Source of the DNA: a virus
Taxonomy: Duplodnaviria; Caudoviricetes
Length of the DNA stretch: 38,114 bases
Reading direction: 5' to 3' (one strand)
IMG/VR virus record: IMGVR_UViG_3300038379_000845
Span: 1-38,114 of that record
This document shows positions 27,405-35,706 of the stretch, in pieces. The position numbers were made by a program, and so were the translations under genes. The notes below the pieces were generated by a model. It did not search any database. It was not told where the DNA came from and saw only the letters and a list, made by a program, of their open reading frames with translations. Within the stretch, counting starts at the first letter, position 1. Each line of letters starts with the position of its first letter.

Positions 27405-29194
27405 ATGAGAGTCAAGAAATGCAGGGTGAATGAGAGGCTGCGAGAAGTCGCCCACGAATGCCAGCGGTTCGACCAGCGGTTGATAGTTGACGTCGGCCAC
27501 GAGCTGCACCGACAACGTGTACCACCCCATGTAAGAATGCAGAGTGAATGAGAGAGCAGTCGGCTACAACCTCTTGACGAGTATCACGTACCACCCCATG
27601 TAAGAATGCAGAGTGAATGAGAGAAATCAACTTCTGGGGCCGCATCTGGGGCGGCGGTGTACCACCCCATGTAAGAATGCAGAGTGAATGAGAGGCGAGG
27701 AGGGCGAGCGATGACAGTCACACAACGTGACTGCGCGACCAGGTACCACCCCATGTAAGAATGCAGAGTGAATGAGAGGTCGCACTCGCCGGAACTCCGT
27801 CGATGCTGAACAGGTACCACCCCATGTAAGAATGCAGAGTGAATGAGAGTCGGCGAAGATCGCCGCGGTTGGTTCGGTCGTTAGGTCGTACCACCCCATG
27901 TAAGAATGCAGAGTGAATGAGAGACGTGACGGAGCTCTTGCAAGGCTTCAACGTACCACCCCATGTAAGAATGCAGAGTGAATGAGAGTCCTTGTTGCCC
28001 ACGAATCCCTCGCCGGTCCGGGAGTACCACCCCATGTAAGAATGCAGAGTGAATGAGAGTGAAGCAAGACCGGCCATCGCTCACTTCAGCATTTGGTACC
28101 ACCCCATGTAAGAATGCAGAGTGAATGAGAGACATGCCTCAGCTCTTGGAGAGCCTCGACCGACACGTACCACCCCATGTAAGAATGCAGAGTGAATGAG
28201 AGTGAGGCCCCTTTGGGTTGCGCGTTGGTCTACATCTACGTACCACCCCATGTAAGAATGCAGAGTGAATGAGAGCAGTCACCGGCCATGATGCACCTCC
28301 CGCGCTTCAGCGTACCACCCCATGTAAGAATGCAGAGTGAATGAGAGGCCCACGAACTGTGGATGTTTGAGCGCCTGGATTTGTACCACCCCATGTAAGA
28401 ATGCAGAGTGAATGAGAGAGAGGATGTCATCGGTTGCGGCCGCGGCTGGGGAGTACCACCCCATGTAAGAATGCAGAGTGAATGAGAGGAGTCATCCGAC
28501 TGCTCACACGCGAGTGTGTTGCCAGTGTACCACCCCATGTAAGAATGCAGAGTGAATGAGAGAGGCTGTCGCGAACAACCTGGTCGCCTGGTTGCGGTAC
28601 CACCCCATGTAAGAATGCAGAGTGAATGAGAGAGGGAGATGCGGCCGAACGTTAAATCGCTCACGGGTACCACCCCATGTAAGAATGCAGAGTGAATGAG
28701 AGGTGCCAGGTCGATTACCCGACTACTCAATATCGGATTGTACCACCCCATGTAAGAATGCAGAGTGAATGAGAGGCGTATCACCTCGGCAAAAGTGATC
28801 GAGACTGCATCGTACCACCCCATGTAAGAATGCAGAGTGAATGAGAGACTAAAGGCCGCAGCAAGCCGCCGCCGAGCACGCGAGTACCACCCCATGTAAG
28901 AATGCAGAGTGAATGAGAGATTACTCACAACCAACGGCCGGCCGAATAGTGACAGTACCACCCCATGTAAGAATGCAGGGTGAATGAGAGAGTCAGGTCC
29001 TCGCCGGTGCCATCGATGGCGCGGCTGTACCACCCCATGTAAGAATGCAGGGTGAATGAGAGTGCACGACCGAGCTATTCGCCTCATGACCAAAGCAGTA
29101 CCACCCCATGTAAGAATGCAGAGTGAATGAGAGTCACACAACGTGACTGCGCGACCAGGTACCACCCCATGTAAGAATGCAGAGTGAATGAGAG
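27376..29194 (+). CRISPR. CRISPR array: 25 repeats of 36 nt, GTACCACCCCATGTAAGAATGCAGAGTGAATGAGAG, 24 spacer intervals
   Basis: First repeat 27376-27411, last 29159-29194. Repeats 1, 22 and 23 carry an A>G variant (GCAGGGTG). Most spacers are 33-38 nt; outliers are 25, 29, 48 and 82 nt. Partial repeats occur at about 27415-27436 and 29200-29220. Orientation is inferred, not proven. Confidence 0.98.
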
Positions 29195-29213
29195 ATCCTG
29201 AGTGAATGAGAGA

Positions 29214-30122
29214 ATGAGAGCACCAACAAGCGGCATCTACCACGACATCGACTTCTCCACCTACCTGTCTTGGGACGCGATCAACAACAGTTCGCTCGGT
29301 CCATTGCGGATCAGCCCGGCGCACTACAAGATGCGCTTGGAAATTCCTCAGGACGATACGCAGGCCCTGCGGCTAGGGCGGCTCTGCCACATGGGCAAAT
29401 TCGAGCCGGCGGCGCTGCTGAAACGGTTTTGGGTGCTGGACGAATCGGCCCTGGCCGCGGAATGCCGCACGGCCAAGGGCGCGCCGGTCGAGTCGGTTGG
29501 CTCGGCCAAACGAACCAGGGATTGGGAGGAAAAGCTGGCAGGGATGCAAGCTCGTAACGGCAGCAAGGAGCAGGTCACGCAGGCCGAGCTTGATCAGCTA
29601 GTCGGTGTTTGCACCGCGCTGGCAGATCATCCCGTGGCCGGCCCGCTGACCAGGAGTGCACACAGGGAAGTGTCTTGGGTCCGCAAGATTCGTAGCGGGA
29701 GGAAAGTGATTGCGACGCTGAAAGGACGCATCGACCTGGTGGAACCGGGTGTCTTGCTGGCCGATTTTAAGACGGCTAGCGACATTACCGACGACGGCAT
29801 TGCCTGGTCCATCTGGCGCTGGGGCTACCATCGCCAGGCGGCGTTTTACCAGGACGCCTGGTGCGACCTCGCTGGCGAATGGTTGCCGTTCTGGCTGATC
29901 TTCGCCGAGCCAATGCCGCCGTACTCGGTACGCTGCGCGGTGCTGAACGAAGACGACATCGCGCAGGGACGGCGCGAATATCAGGCGGCCATCGAGCGGA
30001 TCATCGAATGTCGACGGCTTGATTTCTGGCCAGGCCCGTCCGATCCACCCGAGTTCCGCTTGCCGTTCAGAATGCGAACTGGGGTGGAGATCGAGGTGGA
30101 CGGGGAATTAGTGCAACTGTGA
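29214..30122 (+). CDS. PD-(D/E)XK nuclease (RecE/exonuclease VIII-like, DUF3799-type)
   Basis: GIYHDIDFSTY, SPAHY, ALRLGRLCH, LKGRIDLV, LADFKT, YHRQAAFY. The ATG comes from a partial CRISPR repeat. Confidence 0.88.
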   Translation: MRAPTSGIYHDIDFSTYLSWDAINNSSLGPLRISPAHYKMRLEIPQDDTQALRLGRLCHMGKFEPAALLKRFWVLDESALAAECRTAKGAPVESVGSAKRTRDWEEKLAGMQARNGSKEQVTQAELDQLVGVCTALADHPVAGPLTRSAHREVSWVRKIRSGRKVIATLKGRIDLVEPGVLLADFKTASDITDDGIAWSIWRWGYHRQAAFYQDAWCDLAGEWLPFWLIFAEPMPPYSVRCAVLNEDDIAQGRREYQAAIERIIECRRLDFWPGPSDPPEFRLPFRMRTGVEIEVDGELVQL

Positions 30123-30139
30123 AACCATTTTTCGCCCCA

Positions 30140-30196
30140 TACTGAGTACTGAGTACTGAGTACTGAGTACTGAGTACTGAGTACTGAGTACTGAGT
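30140..30196. repeat. (TACTGAG)8 heptamer microsatellite
   Basis: Eight perfect intergenic copies; reverse complement of the 19641 unit. Confidence 0.97.
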
Positions 30197-30215
30197 CTCG
30201 GGAAACGAGGGATAG

Positions 30216-30650
30216 ATGGCGAAACGCAAGACTGCGAGTGCAAGTGGGCCGGTGCTGGACGAGGCCGAGGCGTTGACGGCGGCGGAGATTGACGAACGGA
30301 CGCCGCCCGAGGAAATCTACTTCACCGACATCTACGGTCGCGACGACCTGCGGGTTGTCGACCTGGGCGGCCAGGAGCGGACCGTCACCATCAAAGGCGC
30401 GGCAATCGTCGAAGTGACGAAATACGAGAGTACGGAAAAGCAACGGCGGATCGTCCTGTACTTTCACGAATACGAAAAGGGTTTGTTGCTGAACAAAACC
30501 AACGGCTCCAGAATCTACGAAATGTACGGCAATGATGTGGCGAAGTGGTGCGGCCGCAAGATCACCCTCTATCCCAGCGAAACGGAGATCGGCGGCAAAA
30601 CCGTGGACTGCATCCGCGTCCGTGCGCAGACCGCGAAGCTGAAGAGATAG
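30216..30650 (+). CDS. Conserved phage protein, possible ssDNA-binding/recombination partner
   Basis: KGLLLNKTN...YGNDVAKWCGRKITLY...DCIRVR; follows the exonuclease gene. Confidence 0.65.
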   Translation: MAKRKTASASGPVLDEAEALTAAEIDERTPPEEIYFTDIYGRDDLRVVDLGGQERTVTIKGAAIVEVTKYESTEKQRRIVLYFHEYEKGLLLNKTNGSRIYEMYGNDVAKWCGRKITLYPSETEIGGKTVDCIRVRAQTAKLKR

Positions 30651-30661
30651 GAGAATGCGGA

Positions 30662-31270
30662 GTGGCAGGGACGCTGGAACTCGAGCCGTGTGTAGCCGGG
30701 ATTGATCCCGGACTCTCTCACCTCGGCCTGTGCGTCATCACCCAATCTGGCCAGACGCAGTCCAGCCACAAACGATCAGCACCCGTCAAGGATCATGACG
30801 ATCCGACGCAGCGCGTGGCTCGGTATAACGTGCTGGTGCATTCGGTGTTCGAGTTCCTCGACTGCTGGCGGCCGTCGCTGGTGCTGGTCGAGGCCCACCC
30901 GCTGCTGGGCGGCAAGGCGCGAGACAGCTCATTTGGCCGGCGTGATCGCGACGAGCTGATGGGCATTCTGTACGCGGACCTGGCCGGCACGAGCTACGTG
31001 CGGCGAGTCATCGAGGTCTACCCCAGCACGCTGAAGAAATTCATCACCAACGACGGCCGCGCGGATAAGTCGGCGATCGTGGGGGCGCTGATCAAGAAGT
31101 GGGGAGTCAGCTTCGGTTCCGAACATGAGTTCGAATCGTTCGCCCTGGCCAAAATGGCCTGCACCCTTCTGGGCTGGGAGGAGCAGATCACGAAGCGTCA
31201 GCGTGAATGCCTGCGAAAAATCGATCCGTCGTTTTCGTTGTGCGACGGGCAAGTGTTGTTACCGTTTTGA
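30662..31270 (+). CDS. RuvC-like Holliday junction resolvase
   Basis: VAGIDPGLSHLG, VLVE, PSTLKKFITNDGRADK; start uncertain. Confidence 0.85.
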   Translation: MAGTLELEPCVAGIDPGLSHLGLCVITQSGQTQSSHKRSAPVKDHDDPTQRVARYNVLVHSVFEFLDCWRPSLVLVEAHPLLGGKARDSSFGRRDRDELMGILYADLAGTSYVRRVIEVYPSTLKKFITNDGRADKSAIVGALIKKWGVSFGSEHEFESFALAKMACTLLGWEEQITKRQRECLRKIDPSFSLCDGQVLLPF

Positions 31271-31281
31271 GGAGATATCAA

Positions 31282-31629
31282 ATGGCTAAGCGACGTAGCG
31301 ACGTGCGGCAGAAACAGACGGCACCAGAAGATGTGGATCAGCTCCGGCTGCAGGACGCGGATGGCACCGAGATTGGCAACGTGCGGATTCCGGAGATCGA
31401 TCGCGCGGTCAAAAAGTACCTGGAGGTGAAAGCCAAACGGGCAGCAGCAAAGGCGGAATGGGACGAATTGGTGCACGACGCGCTGGCCAAACGTGATGAA
31501 GCCGTGATAGCGCATCAGAAGGAATTCGGGGAGCGATATGTGGCAGAGGTAGTCGGACAATACTTTGCGCTGACCGTGACCACTGAGGACGTTGTGAACT
31601 GCGAAAAAGTTAAGAAAGTCAAAGAATGA
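31282..31629 (+). CDS. Hypothetical protein
   Basis: GAGGAG RBS; 115-aa ORF. Confidence 0.7.
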   Translation: MAKRRSDVRQKQTAPEDVDQLRLQDADGTEIGNVRIPEIDRAVKKYLEVKAKRAAAKAEWDELVHDALAKRDEAVIAHQKEFGERYVAEVVGQYFALTVTTEDVVNCEKVKKVKE

Positions 31630-31829
31630 TCAGTGCACGCTGCATTCGGTGCGGACGAAAGAAGATCGAGCACGTCGCTGGCGACAGGTATTTCTGTCCG
31701 GTGTGCAAGATCCTGTTTGAGGTCGAGGACGACGGCGATTACAGCGACACCGATCCCACATGGCGATTGCAGCGACAAGAGCAACAAGAGCGACACAAAC
31801 GGGCGAAATGGGAGAAAAAACGATCATGA
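31626..31829 (+). CDS. Small zinc-ribbon protein
   Basis: CIRC...CPVC; ATGA overlaps on both sides. Confidence 0.7.
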   Translation: MISARCIRCGRKKIEHVAGDRYFCPVCKILFEVEDDGDYSDTDPTWRLQRQEQQERHKRAKWEKKRS

Positions 31830-33088
31830 AAGCTGGCGGCATGGAGCTGATGAAGTTCCGCCGATTGATGCGGCGGCTGGGAGAATCGAAACGCGGAATT
31901 GTGGGGCTGCTGGAGTGCCTGTGGTACTCGGCCGCGCACGATTGCCCGGCGGGAGACGTGGGGAAATTCACGAACGAGGAAATCGCCATCATGTGCGACT
32001 GGTCGGGCGATCCCGACGAGCTGGTGGCGGCGCTAGTCGCCTCGGGCTACCTGGACGAGCACGAACTCCACCGGCTGGTGATTCACGATTGGCACGTGCA
32101 CTGCCCGAACTGGGTGCGAGGCATCCTGGCCAGGCACGGACGGCAGTTCGCGAACGGGGAGCCGTCGAACCGCAAAGAGGCCGCGGCGGACAACTCGCAA
32201 AGGGGATCGATGGCCGCCGCGGCCGGTGGACGGCTCAGTAATCAGTACTCAGTACTCAGTACTGAGTGCAGTAGTGAGTCCGCGGCGAATTTTAATGACC
32301 ACGCGGCGGCTGGGAATACCGTTTTCGCTTCTATTACCCCAGATCGTCCAGATTGCCAATCGAACGGCGAGAAACGTCTAGTGGAAATTTCTGGGGCGGC
32401 TGGGAATACCGTTTTCGCTTCTATTACCGCAGATCGCCCAGATTGCCAATCGAATGGCGACAAACGTCTAGCGGAAATTTCTGGAAAAGCTCCTAAGGAG
32501 GCTACTATAGGAACCTCCTCTAAGGAGCCTCCTATAGGAACGTCCTCAGGGGAACCTACTATCAAGTCAAGTCAAGTCAAGTCAAGTCAAGTCTATTTGG
32601 TCAAGAGTCAAACCGTAGCTAGCCACAGCGCTGATACGCAGCCCAGCTTGACCAGTTTGACCAGAGATTTTTCGTCAGTGTGGCTTGACCTGACGGCGGA
32701 CTTCCTGAGGGAGCTGGGACGCGTGCCGCCAGGACAGGACGTCAGATTTGTCACGCAACTGGCCTGGCTGGTCGCCAGAGGCCGCCAGATAGCCCCGCAG
32801 GTCAGATCAGCCATCAACGCTGTCCGGTGCGTCTCCGTCCATCCCAGGGCCCCCTGCGCGTATCTGCGTGTGGTCCTAGCAGAGAGCCTCGGCGGTGAGC
32901 AGCAGTTGCGGGTGCTGCTGAAGGAATGTCCAACCAGAGAGGCGTGCGAGGCGATCACCAGGTTGGCACTCGAGGCGAACCTGCCGATCCGGATCGTCGC
33001 CCCGAGCATCAGGCTACGATCAGATTTCGACGAGGAGAGAGCCCGTCAAAAACTGGCCGCGGACCTGGAAAGGCTGGCGGCGGGATGA
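31826..33088 (+). CDS. Putative replication initiator protein
   Basis: N-terminal KFRRLMRRL...VGLLECLW...LVAALVASGYLD...IHDW (winged-helix initiator-like) and a central low-complexity region made of DNA repeats. Confidence 0.7.
   Translation: MKAGGMELMKFRRLMRRLGESKRGIVGLLECLWYSAAHDCPAGDVGKFTNEEIAIMCDWSGDPDELVAALVASGYLDEHELHRLVIHDWHVHCPNWVRGILARHGRQFANGEPSNRKEAAADNSQRGSMAAAAGGRLSNQYSVLSTECSSESAANFNDHAAAGNTVFASITPDRPDCQSNGEKRLVEISGAAGNTVFASITADRPDCQSNGDKRLAEISGKAPKEATIGTSSKEPPIGTSSGEPTIKSSQVKSSQVYLVKSQTVASHSADTQPSLTSLTRDFSSVWLDLTADFLRELGRVPPGQDVRFVTQLAWLVARGRQIAPQVRSAINAVRCVSVHPRAPCAYLRVVLAESLGGEQQLRVLLKECPTREACEAITRLALEANLPIRIVAPSIRLRSDFDEERARQKLAADLERLAAG
32305..32593. repeat. Repeat cluster inside the initiator gene (probable origin)
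   Basis: 90-bp direct repeat (32305-32394 / 32395-32484), three ~27-bp units containing CT(A/C)CTAT (about 32490-32562), then an (AAGTC)n run. Confidence 0.75.
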
Positions 33089-33234
33089 CGGGTGGCAAGT
33101 CGGCCCGCCCGACTGTTGCCGAAGTCCGCGCGTATTGTCTTCAAAAGTGGTTGGCTGCTCGGTCGCGAAAACGTGTGGTCGAGAACGACCACAGACCTGC
33201 GGCGTGGATTTCCAACCCAGTGACGTTACGATGA
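33085..33234 (+). CDS. Small hypothetical protein
   Basis: ATGA overlap with the initiator gene; PTVAEVRAYC motif. Confidence 0.45.
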   Translation: MTGGKSARPTVAEVRAYCLQKWLAARSRKRVVENDHRPAAWISNPVTLR

Positions 33235-33287
33235 TGCGCGGCGGAGCGTCATCCGCAGACTGAACTTTAATCCATGGGAGAACGCTA

Positions 33288-33878
33288 ATGCTGACGAAAT
33301 CACTGCTGGCCTCGGTCGCTCTGGCGGCTTGTGTGTGCGCGATGTCTATGACGTCGCGAGCCGAAACTGTCTACAACCTGGCCGAACTCTATGCCGGGTC
33401 GCAGGTCGTGCCGGACCTGCTGCACACCGATACCTATCCGCTCACCGGTACGCTGACGACGCATGACGACACAACCGATATCGATTACATGCTCAGCTGG
33501 GGCGGGAACGATTACGCGGGCGTACTCGAGTTCGTGTCGCAGACGCCGCACGTGGAAATCGGCGGTGTGTCGATTGCCCCGTCGATCCGCAACTACTCCG
33601 ACCTGGGTGAAGTCACGTTCAGTATGTTTGCCGAGGGTGCGACGCCAATGATTGCGCCCGATGCGCTGTTCGCCGACTGGAATGCGGCACTGTTCACGTT
33701 CATCGGCGATCTGTCGGAAGACACGCGGTATGCGAGTGTGGCGGTCCCTGAAATTGGCGCGGATGAGCTGACGTTTCTGGGGGTCGTCGGCTTGCTATTT
33801 TTTTGGGGGGAGTCTCGTCGGTGCTTACCGTTGCTCCGGAAATGGTGTGGTCGTGGTCAGGTGATGTCAGTAAGCTGA
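33288..33878 (+). CDS. Exported protein with PEP-CTERM-like sorting signal
   Basis: Signal peptide MLTKSLLASVALAACVCAMSMTSRA; C-terminal AVPE followed by a hydrophobic helix and RR. Confidence 0.65.
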   Translation: MLTKSLLASVALAACVCAMSMTSRAETVYNLAELYAGSQVVPDLLHTDTYPLTGTLTTHDDTTDIDYMLSWGGNDYAGVLEFVSQTPHVEIGGVSIAPSIRNYSDLGEVTFSMFAEGATPMIAPDALFADWNAALFTFIGDLSEDTRYASVAVPEIGADELTFLGVVGLLFFWGESRRCLPLLRKWCGRGQVMSVS

Positions 33879-33998
33879 AGTTGGCGCTGCGGTCGTCCCC
33901 GGACCTCCACACGTTTCTCCTCATTTCTCCACAGGCTCCGGGGGCGACTTTTTTCGCGTCTGGCGTGCAGACAACAGGTTCCCAAGGGACTCACACTA

Positions 33999-34631
33999 GT
34001 GTCGCCGTGGATTTCATGGATTGTCGCGCTGATTGCCGGCCTGTCCGAAATTGAGGCGGTCAGTTCCCACGAGATCGTGTTGACCCGCTTGCCAGCGACG
34101 ATTCAAGTGACCGCCGGAGCCGACGATTACACGTGGTCCGTGCCCGCCGGCGTCAAAATCCTGAGCGGCGAATTCGAACCGACGCTGGTGTTCGATGCCG
34201 TGCCCGGGAGATACCTGATCCAGTGCAAGTCGCTCAAGATCGACTGGGACAAGCGGCAGCTCGATCGGCAAGTATTTGCGTCAACATTCGTCATCGCGGG
34301 CGGTGACCCTGATGGTGATGACGATGACGATGACGACGACGATGACGTTCCGAAAATCAAGGCGGAATATTTGATCACCGTCCGCGAAACGGCCGACACG
34401 ACGACGGCGCTCAACGCGCTCTTATCTCAGTTGACTCAGGCACCTCCCGACACAATCCGAGTGCTGCACGTGGACGACGACACGCAGGACCCGAAGCTAC
34501 GTCCCTACTCGCAGCAGGCCAAGGACTTGCCGTGGCTGATTCTGGCCAACGGACAAGGCGATATTGCCTGGCAAGGTCCGCTGCCGACGGATTACGAATC
34601 GATTCGAAAGCTGGTCCGGGAGCATCGATGA
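33999..34631 (+). CDS. Hypothetical exported protein with poly-Asp linker
   Basis: Hydrophobic N-terminus, beta-rich domain, D10 run; start uncertain. Confidence 0.6.
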   Translation: MSPWISWIVALIAGLSEIEAVSSHEIVLTRLPATIQVTAGADDYTWSVPAGVKILSGEFEPTLVFDAVPGRYLIQCKSLKIDWDKRQLDRQVFASTFVIAGGDPDGDDDDDDDDDDVPKIKAEYLITVRETADTTTALNALLSQLTQAPPDTIRVLHVDDDTQDPKLRPYSQQAKDLPWLILANGQGDIAWQGPLPTDYESIRKLVREHR

Positions 34632-35458
34632 GTAATTCCAAGCGCAGCCGCAGGCTGAACGTACCTGGTCACGGTGCATTGCCGCGTAGCAATCGGCTGG
34701 GTGACGACACGCCGATTTTCGAGGACTCGATCGAGGTCATTCCGCGGGCTGAGCTGCGGCAGCTCTACGATCAATATGAGCCGAGCCAGCGGTGGACGGT
34801 GCAAAAAATCAAAAACCAGGGGCAGGAGGGTTCCTGCGCATCGAACTCGGGAACCAGTGCCTGGGAGAATGCCGCGGTGGCACAATTCGGCCAACGTATC
34901 TGGTTCGAACTGTCGGCCATCAGCCTGTACAAACGCGTCGGACGCAGTCCGCAATCGGGATCGACGCTAAACGACAATATTCGCGAGCTGTCGACGCGCG
35001 GAGCGTTGCCGACGAACGCCATGCGAGACAAGCTGGAATCGATTGGGCTGAATCCGGCACACACGATGCCGGAAACGGGATTCTATTCGGCCTTCCCATC
35101 AGGTTGGGAGGACACGGCAAAACATTTCAGGATTGTGCCCGATGAGATTTTCGATATCCGCGGCATGGATGGATTTCTTACGGCGCTGTTCCGCGGATTC
35201 TGCGTGTACTACGGGCGAGCGTCGCACGCGATTATCGCCGTGGCCGCCGAGCCCAGCGGCTCACGCTGGAAGTTGGAATATCAGAATTCGTGGGGAGCAA
35301 GTTGGGACGGCGACGGTTTCGGCTACGATGAGGAATCGTTTGTGTCCGGTGCGATCGCCTCGTACGGTGCGTACGCCGTGCGGACCGTCTCGCTCAGCGA
35401 CGCGCTTGCCAAACTTGTGTTCGATCAGACCAGTGAGAATGATAAGGTGGACGGATGA
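34628..35458 (+). CDS. Papain-like (C1) cysteine peptidase
   Basis: KNQGQEGSCAS (oxyanion Gln and catalytic Cys), SHAIIAV (His), QNSWGASWDGDGFG (Asn). Confidence 0.88.
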   Translation: MSNSKRSRRLNVPGHGALPRSNRLGDDTPIFEDSIEVIPRAELRQLYDQYEPSQRWTVQKIKNQGQEGSCASNSGTSAWENAAVAQFGQRIWFELSAISLYKRVGRSPQSGSTLNDNIRELSTRGALPTNAMRDKLESIGLNPAHTMPETGFYSAFPSGWEDTAKHFRIVPDEIFDIRGMDGFLTALFRGFCVYYGRASHAIIAVAAEPSGSRWKLEYQNSWGASWDGDGFGYDEESFVSGAIASYGAYAVRTVSLSDALAKLVFDQTSENDKVDG

Positions 35459-35673
35459 ACATTCCGTGGGACAAAATCTTTGAGCTGGCGCTATTGGCTT
35501 TTGAAAAGTGTTTTCCGACCCCGACTGGCGCGAGCGACGCGGCCGAAAGGCTGGCCGCCTTGGATAATTGCTGCAACGGTCGGTGCGAGTGGGTCGTGCG
35601 CGACGCTGGTGTCCGTGGACCGCAGAATGTGCGTGACGCGGTGGACGAAGTGGTCATCCGCTGGCCGACATGA
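35455..35673 (+). CDS. Hypothetical protein
   Basis: 72 aa; ATGA overlap with the peptidase gene. Confidence 0.55.
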   Translation: MNIPWDKIFELALLAFEKCFPTPTGASDAAERLAALDNCCNGRCEWVVRDAGVRGPQNVRDAVDEVVIRWPT

Positions 35674-35706
35674 TTTGAAACATCACTAATCAAAGGAGCA
35701 TCTGCA

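Noticed and set aside
28276-28311. Spacer resembling the Clp protease gene (MMHLPR vs MMIHLPR, near 5542-5559)
   Set aside because: Only 15/18 nt over half the spacer, including a non-synonymous change, and on the opposite strand to the convincing matches; likely chance.
27412-29324. Minus-strand ORFs across the array (e.g. 28236..29324, 362 aa)
   Set aside because: These are translations of CRISPR repeats (recurring SHSLCILTWGGT, LIHSAFLHGVV), not genes.
29214-30122. cas4
   Set aside because: It has a PD-(D/E)XK fold but lacks the four-Cys Fe-S pattern; its motifs and neighbours fit a RecE-like phage exonuclease.
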